From Candidatus Hydrogenedentota bacterium (lineage in GTDB: Bacteria; Hydrogenedentota; Hydrogenedentia; Hydrogenedentales; JAEUWI01): a stretch of 64,000 bases of DNA. Positions 62,027 through 64,000 of the stretch are shown here, piece after piece (position 1 is the stretch's first letter; each line of letters starts with the position of its first letter). Both the position numbers and the translations under genes were made by a program. Under the pieces are notes generated by a model that worked only from the letters and a program-made list of their open reading frames with translations, searched no databases and had not been told where the DNA came from. Location of the stretch: NCBI GenBank assembly GCA_034669905.1, contig JAXMOL010000019.1, positions 32,001-96,000 of the forward strand. The letters run 5' to 3'.

Positions 62027-62600
62027 TGCTTGCTACGCTCTCGTTGTCGGCCTGAATGAATCGAAAGGTGCTGAGGTGAAAGTTTGCCTCGGAGACGTCG
62101 GCTATCTCCTCGCCAATATCCAGGTTTGATACTTTCAGATAACGCTTATCCCGCTCCAGGAGATTGATAAACTGTACGATATCGTGAAAGCCGCCACGGG
62201 CCACGATTTCGTAGGGAATGGTTTCCTTGTTCGTATCGGTGCGGGTCGGTAACTGGGTAAGCTCTACGCTCAGGCCCAGCTCGGTGGCTTTGGCCTCGAA
62301 CTGTTCCAGCAGCTTGGGAATTTCGCGTTCTTCCGGCAGGCGCTCTTCAAAGACCTTCACCAACTTTTCGGCGGTCTCGGCCTGGTTCTTGAATTCTTCG
62401 TAGGTCTGGCTGATCGCCACGGCCTCTTTCAGTTCTGCTTCGGTTGTTTTTAGCTCGGCCTGAATCGCCTGAAGCTTTTCGTTTTGCTTCGTGTAGACGC
62501 CAAAGTAGAACCCGGCACTAAGCAGGCCGGTGATACCCAGCACAACCGCGACGAATGCCCAGTCTTTGGGGGTGACAGTGCCTTTGAAGAATTCCAACAT
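62010..62600 (-). CDS. pilO: type IV pilus assembly protein PilO
   Basis: TM, coiled coil, LPEEREIPKLL, G.FHDIVQF..LE...RYL. Confidence 0.9.
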   Translation of the reverse strand: MLEFFKGTVTPKDWAFVAVVLGITGLLSAGFYFGVYTKQNEKLQAIQAELKTTEAELKEAVAISQTYEEFKNQAETAEKLVKVFEERLPEEREIPKLLEQFEAKATELGLSVELTQLPTRTDTNKETIPYEIVARGGFHDIVQFINLLERDKRYLKVSNLDIGEEIADVSEANFHLSTFRFIQADNESVASNEPGK

Positions 62601-63274
62601 CAGCCTTGGCCTCCCGTCTCGATTCTGTACTCCAACACGAAACCACGCACAGCGTAACCGTTGTATTCGGCGTCGGTAATCTGAGGACGGTCGAGAACAA
62701 AGATGCTCCCGAACTCTTCGTCTTCCGTGGTGCTGAAGGTCAGCGGATAAATCTGGTTGGAGCCTTCGTCGTTATTGATGACGTAACCGGAAATTTCCAG
62801 CATGGGGCGTTTCACGTTGACCTTAATGGTCTTTTCCACTTTGGTCTTGGGATCGACGACCGGCTGGCCGGTCTTTTCATCGATGACCACCCGTTCCTCG
62901 CGAACCGTTTTAGAGGTTACGCGGATGCGTTCATACCAGAAGTTTTCCGGCGTCAAGGTAGCCAGTTCATGCAACTGCTCCGACCAGATAATCCGGTCGG
63001 CCAGGATTTCCTGAATCACGTTGATTTTATTTTCGAGTTGCTGCTTCTTCGCGCTGAGGGCGTTATAGTCCTCCACGATATCCTTCAACGCATCCAACTC
63101 CTGCTCGGCCGTGGCCAACTTGGAATTGGTATCACTGATTTCTGCAATCTTGGCCAGAAACATCAACCCCATCGCACCAATCGCCAATACCAGCACCAAG
63201 AGACTGAGCAAGTGCGGCAAGGGCGTGCGTTTGATAGGTCGGAGTTCTTCGGGTAGGAGGTTTACAACGATCAT
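62600..63274 (-). CDS. pilN: type IV pilus assembly protein PilN
   Basis: N-terminal VNLLP PilM-binding motif, TM, coiled coil, W...L..L....P. Confidence 0.9.
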   Translation of the reverse strand: MIVVNLLPEELRPIKRTPLPHLLSLLVLVLAIGAMGLMFLAKIAEISDTNSKLATAEQELDALKDIVEDYNALSAKKQQLENKINVIQEILADRIIWSEQLHELATLTPENFWYERIRVTSKTVREERVVIDEKTGQPVVDPKTKVEKTIKVNVKRPMLEISGYVINNDEGSNQIYPLTFSTTEDEEFGSIFVLDRPQITDAEYNGYAVRGFVLEYRIETGGQG

Positions 63275-64000
63275 AGGTCGGCCATCCCGCGTGCCGCGAG
63301 CCCCACCGCTACCATGAACTGTGCGGGCTGCTCTAGCATTTTACCCATGGACATGTCATCCGCCACGTACAAGGCGCTATTGGTTGGATTTGCCACATCA
63401 ACCGATTCCACCCCAAGCTCTTCCAGCAAGGTGGTGCATACCAGATCGGAATGGGCAATACCGCCACTCACCACCAGGCGATCGACAGGGCGTTCATACA
63501 GTTGATGTTCGTAGTAGTCAAATGAACGTCTAATCTCAGAAACCATCTTGCTGAGCGATGCGGAAACGATATCCCGCATGTCTGGCTCAACTTCCTCGGC
63601 CATCCCCATGGGCGCGTTAGACTGTATTCCGAAGGAATCGTCCATTTCATCGTCCAGCGGATCCAGCAACGAGCCACTCCCCAATGACATGGGTGCGGCC
63701 GGCTTGGCAGGCGCTGCCTCGCCAAAGGGGTCATCGCCAAAATCGGTCAGGGAATCCGGGGTCTCTATGGCCGACCCACTGTCTTCAAGCGTATCGTTGA
63801 GATTTTCCACGACAGGAACCGCAAAGGGATCGCCGGGGTCGTTGGATGTCAACGCCGGGGGCTCCGGTGGGGCCTCCGCTTCCGGGGTCTCCACGAGGAA
63901 TTCCTGCAGGCGACGCTCCGCCTCTTCGTATTCGCAGCGCAGCTCTTTCGCGATGGAGTGAATCAGCTCCCGGCTCCCCCAATTAACGTCACGAATGAAA
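63271..64000 (-). CDS. pilM: type IV pilus assembly protein PilM, C-terminal part; start lies outside the window
   Basis: Frame open from the window end: FIRDVNWGSRELIHSIAKELRCEYEEAERR...EIRRSFDYY...VVSGG...VANP...AVGLAARG. Confidence 0.9.
   Translation of the reverse strand, partial: FIRDVNWGSRELIHSIAKELRCEYEEAERRLQEFLVETPEAEAPPEPPALTSNDPGDPFAVPVVENLNDTLEDSGSAIETPDSLTDFGDDPFGEAAPAKPAAPMSLGSGSLLDPLDDEMDDSFGIQSNAPMGMAEEVEPDMRDIVSASLSKMVSEIRRSFDYYEHQLYERPVDRLVVSGGIAHSDLVCTTLLEELGVESVDVANPTNSALYVADDMSMGKMLEQPAQFMVAVGLAARGMADL

Overview
GC-rich bacterial chromosomal window around the replication origin, mostly housekeeping genes. Lineage cannot be fixed from sequence alone; it is a diderm, and Ca. 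Hydrogenedentota is only a guess. Left to right: MarR-RND efflux operon, GNAT, recR-def-dnaA with a phased DnaA-box cluster (probable oriC, about 7.25-7.33 kb), single-domain MazG, pdxA with an FG-GAP protein, a MoxR/DUF58/transglutaminase operon, ligA with an MCE (Mla/Pqi-like) transporter, an ECF sigma/anti-sigma pair, an SDR-DegT fusion, a second 7-gene MoxR operon, tandem GlcG/HbpS paralogs, ybaB-fmt-rsmB-PASTA-rpe, a DD-carboxypeptidase, a hybrid histidine kinase, rnhA, a sugar-ABC-like operon with no ATPase, cysK-metY-metXW, an ABC-F protein and pilMNOPQ. I found no rRNA, tRNA, CRISPR array, integrase or transposase. Main leads: (1) def-recR and ybaB-fmt are reciprocally swapped versions of the canonical def-fmt and ybaB-recR pairs, explained by one ~33.4 kb inversion containing oriC. 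(2) Several intact proteins have lost a catalytic residue (SDR Tyr->Phe fused to an intact aminotransferase, alpha/beta hydrolase Ser->Gly, receiver Asp->Asn). (3) The anti-sigma factor has a triplicated ~46-aa cytoplasmic repeat. (4) A structured cysK leader resembles the SAM-I P2 kink-turn but lacks the SAM-contact motifs. (5) The GlcG pair is one secreted and one cytoplasmic copy. All product calls come from motif recognition by eye; no database searches were run.
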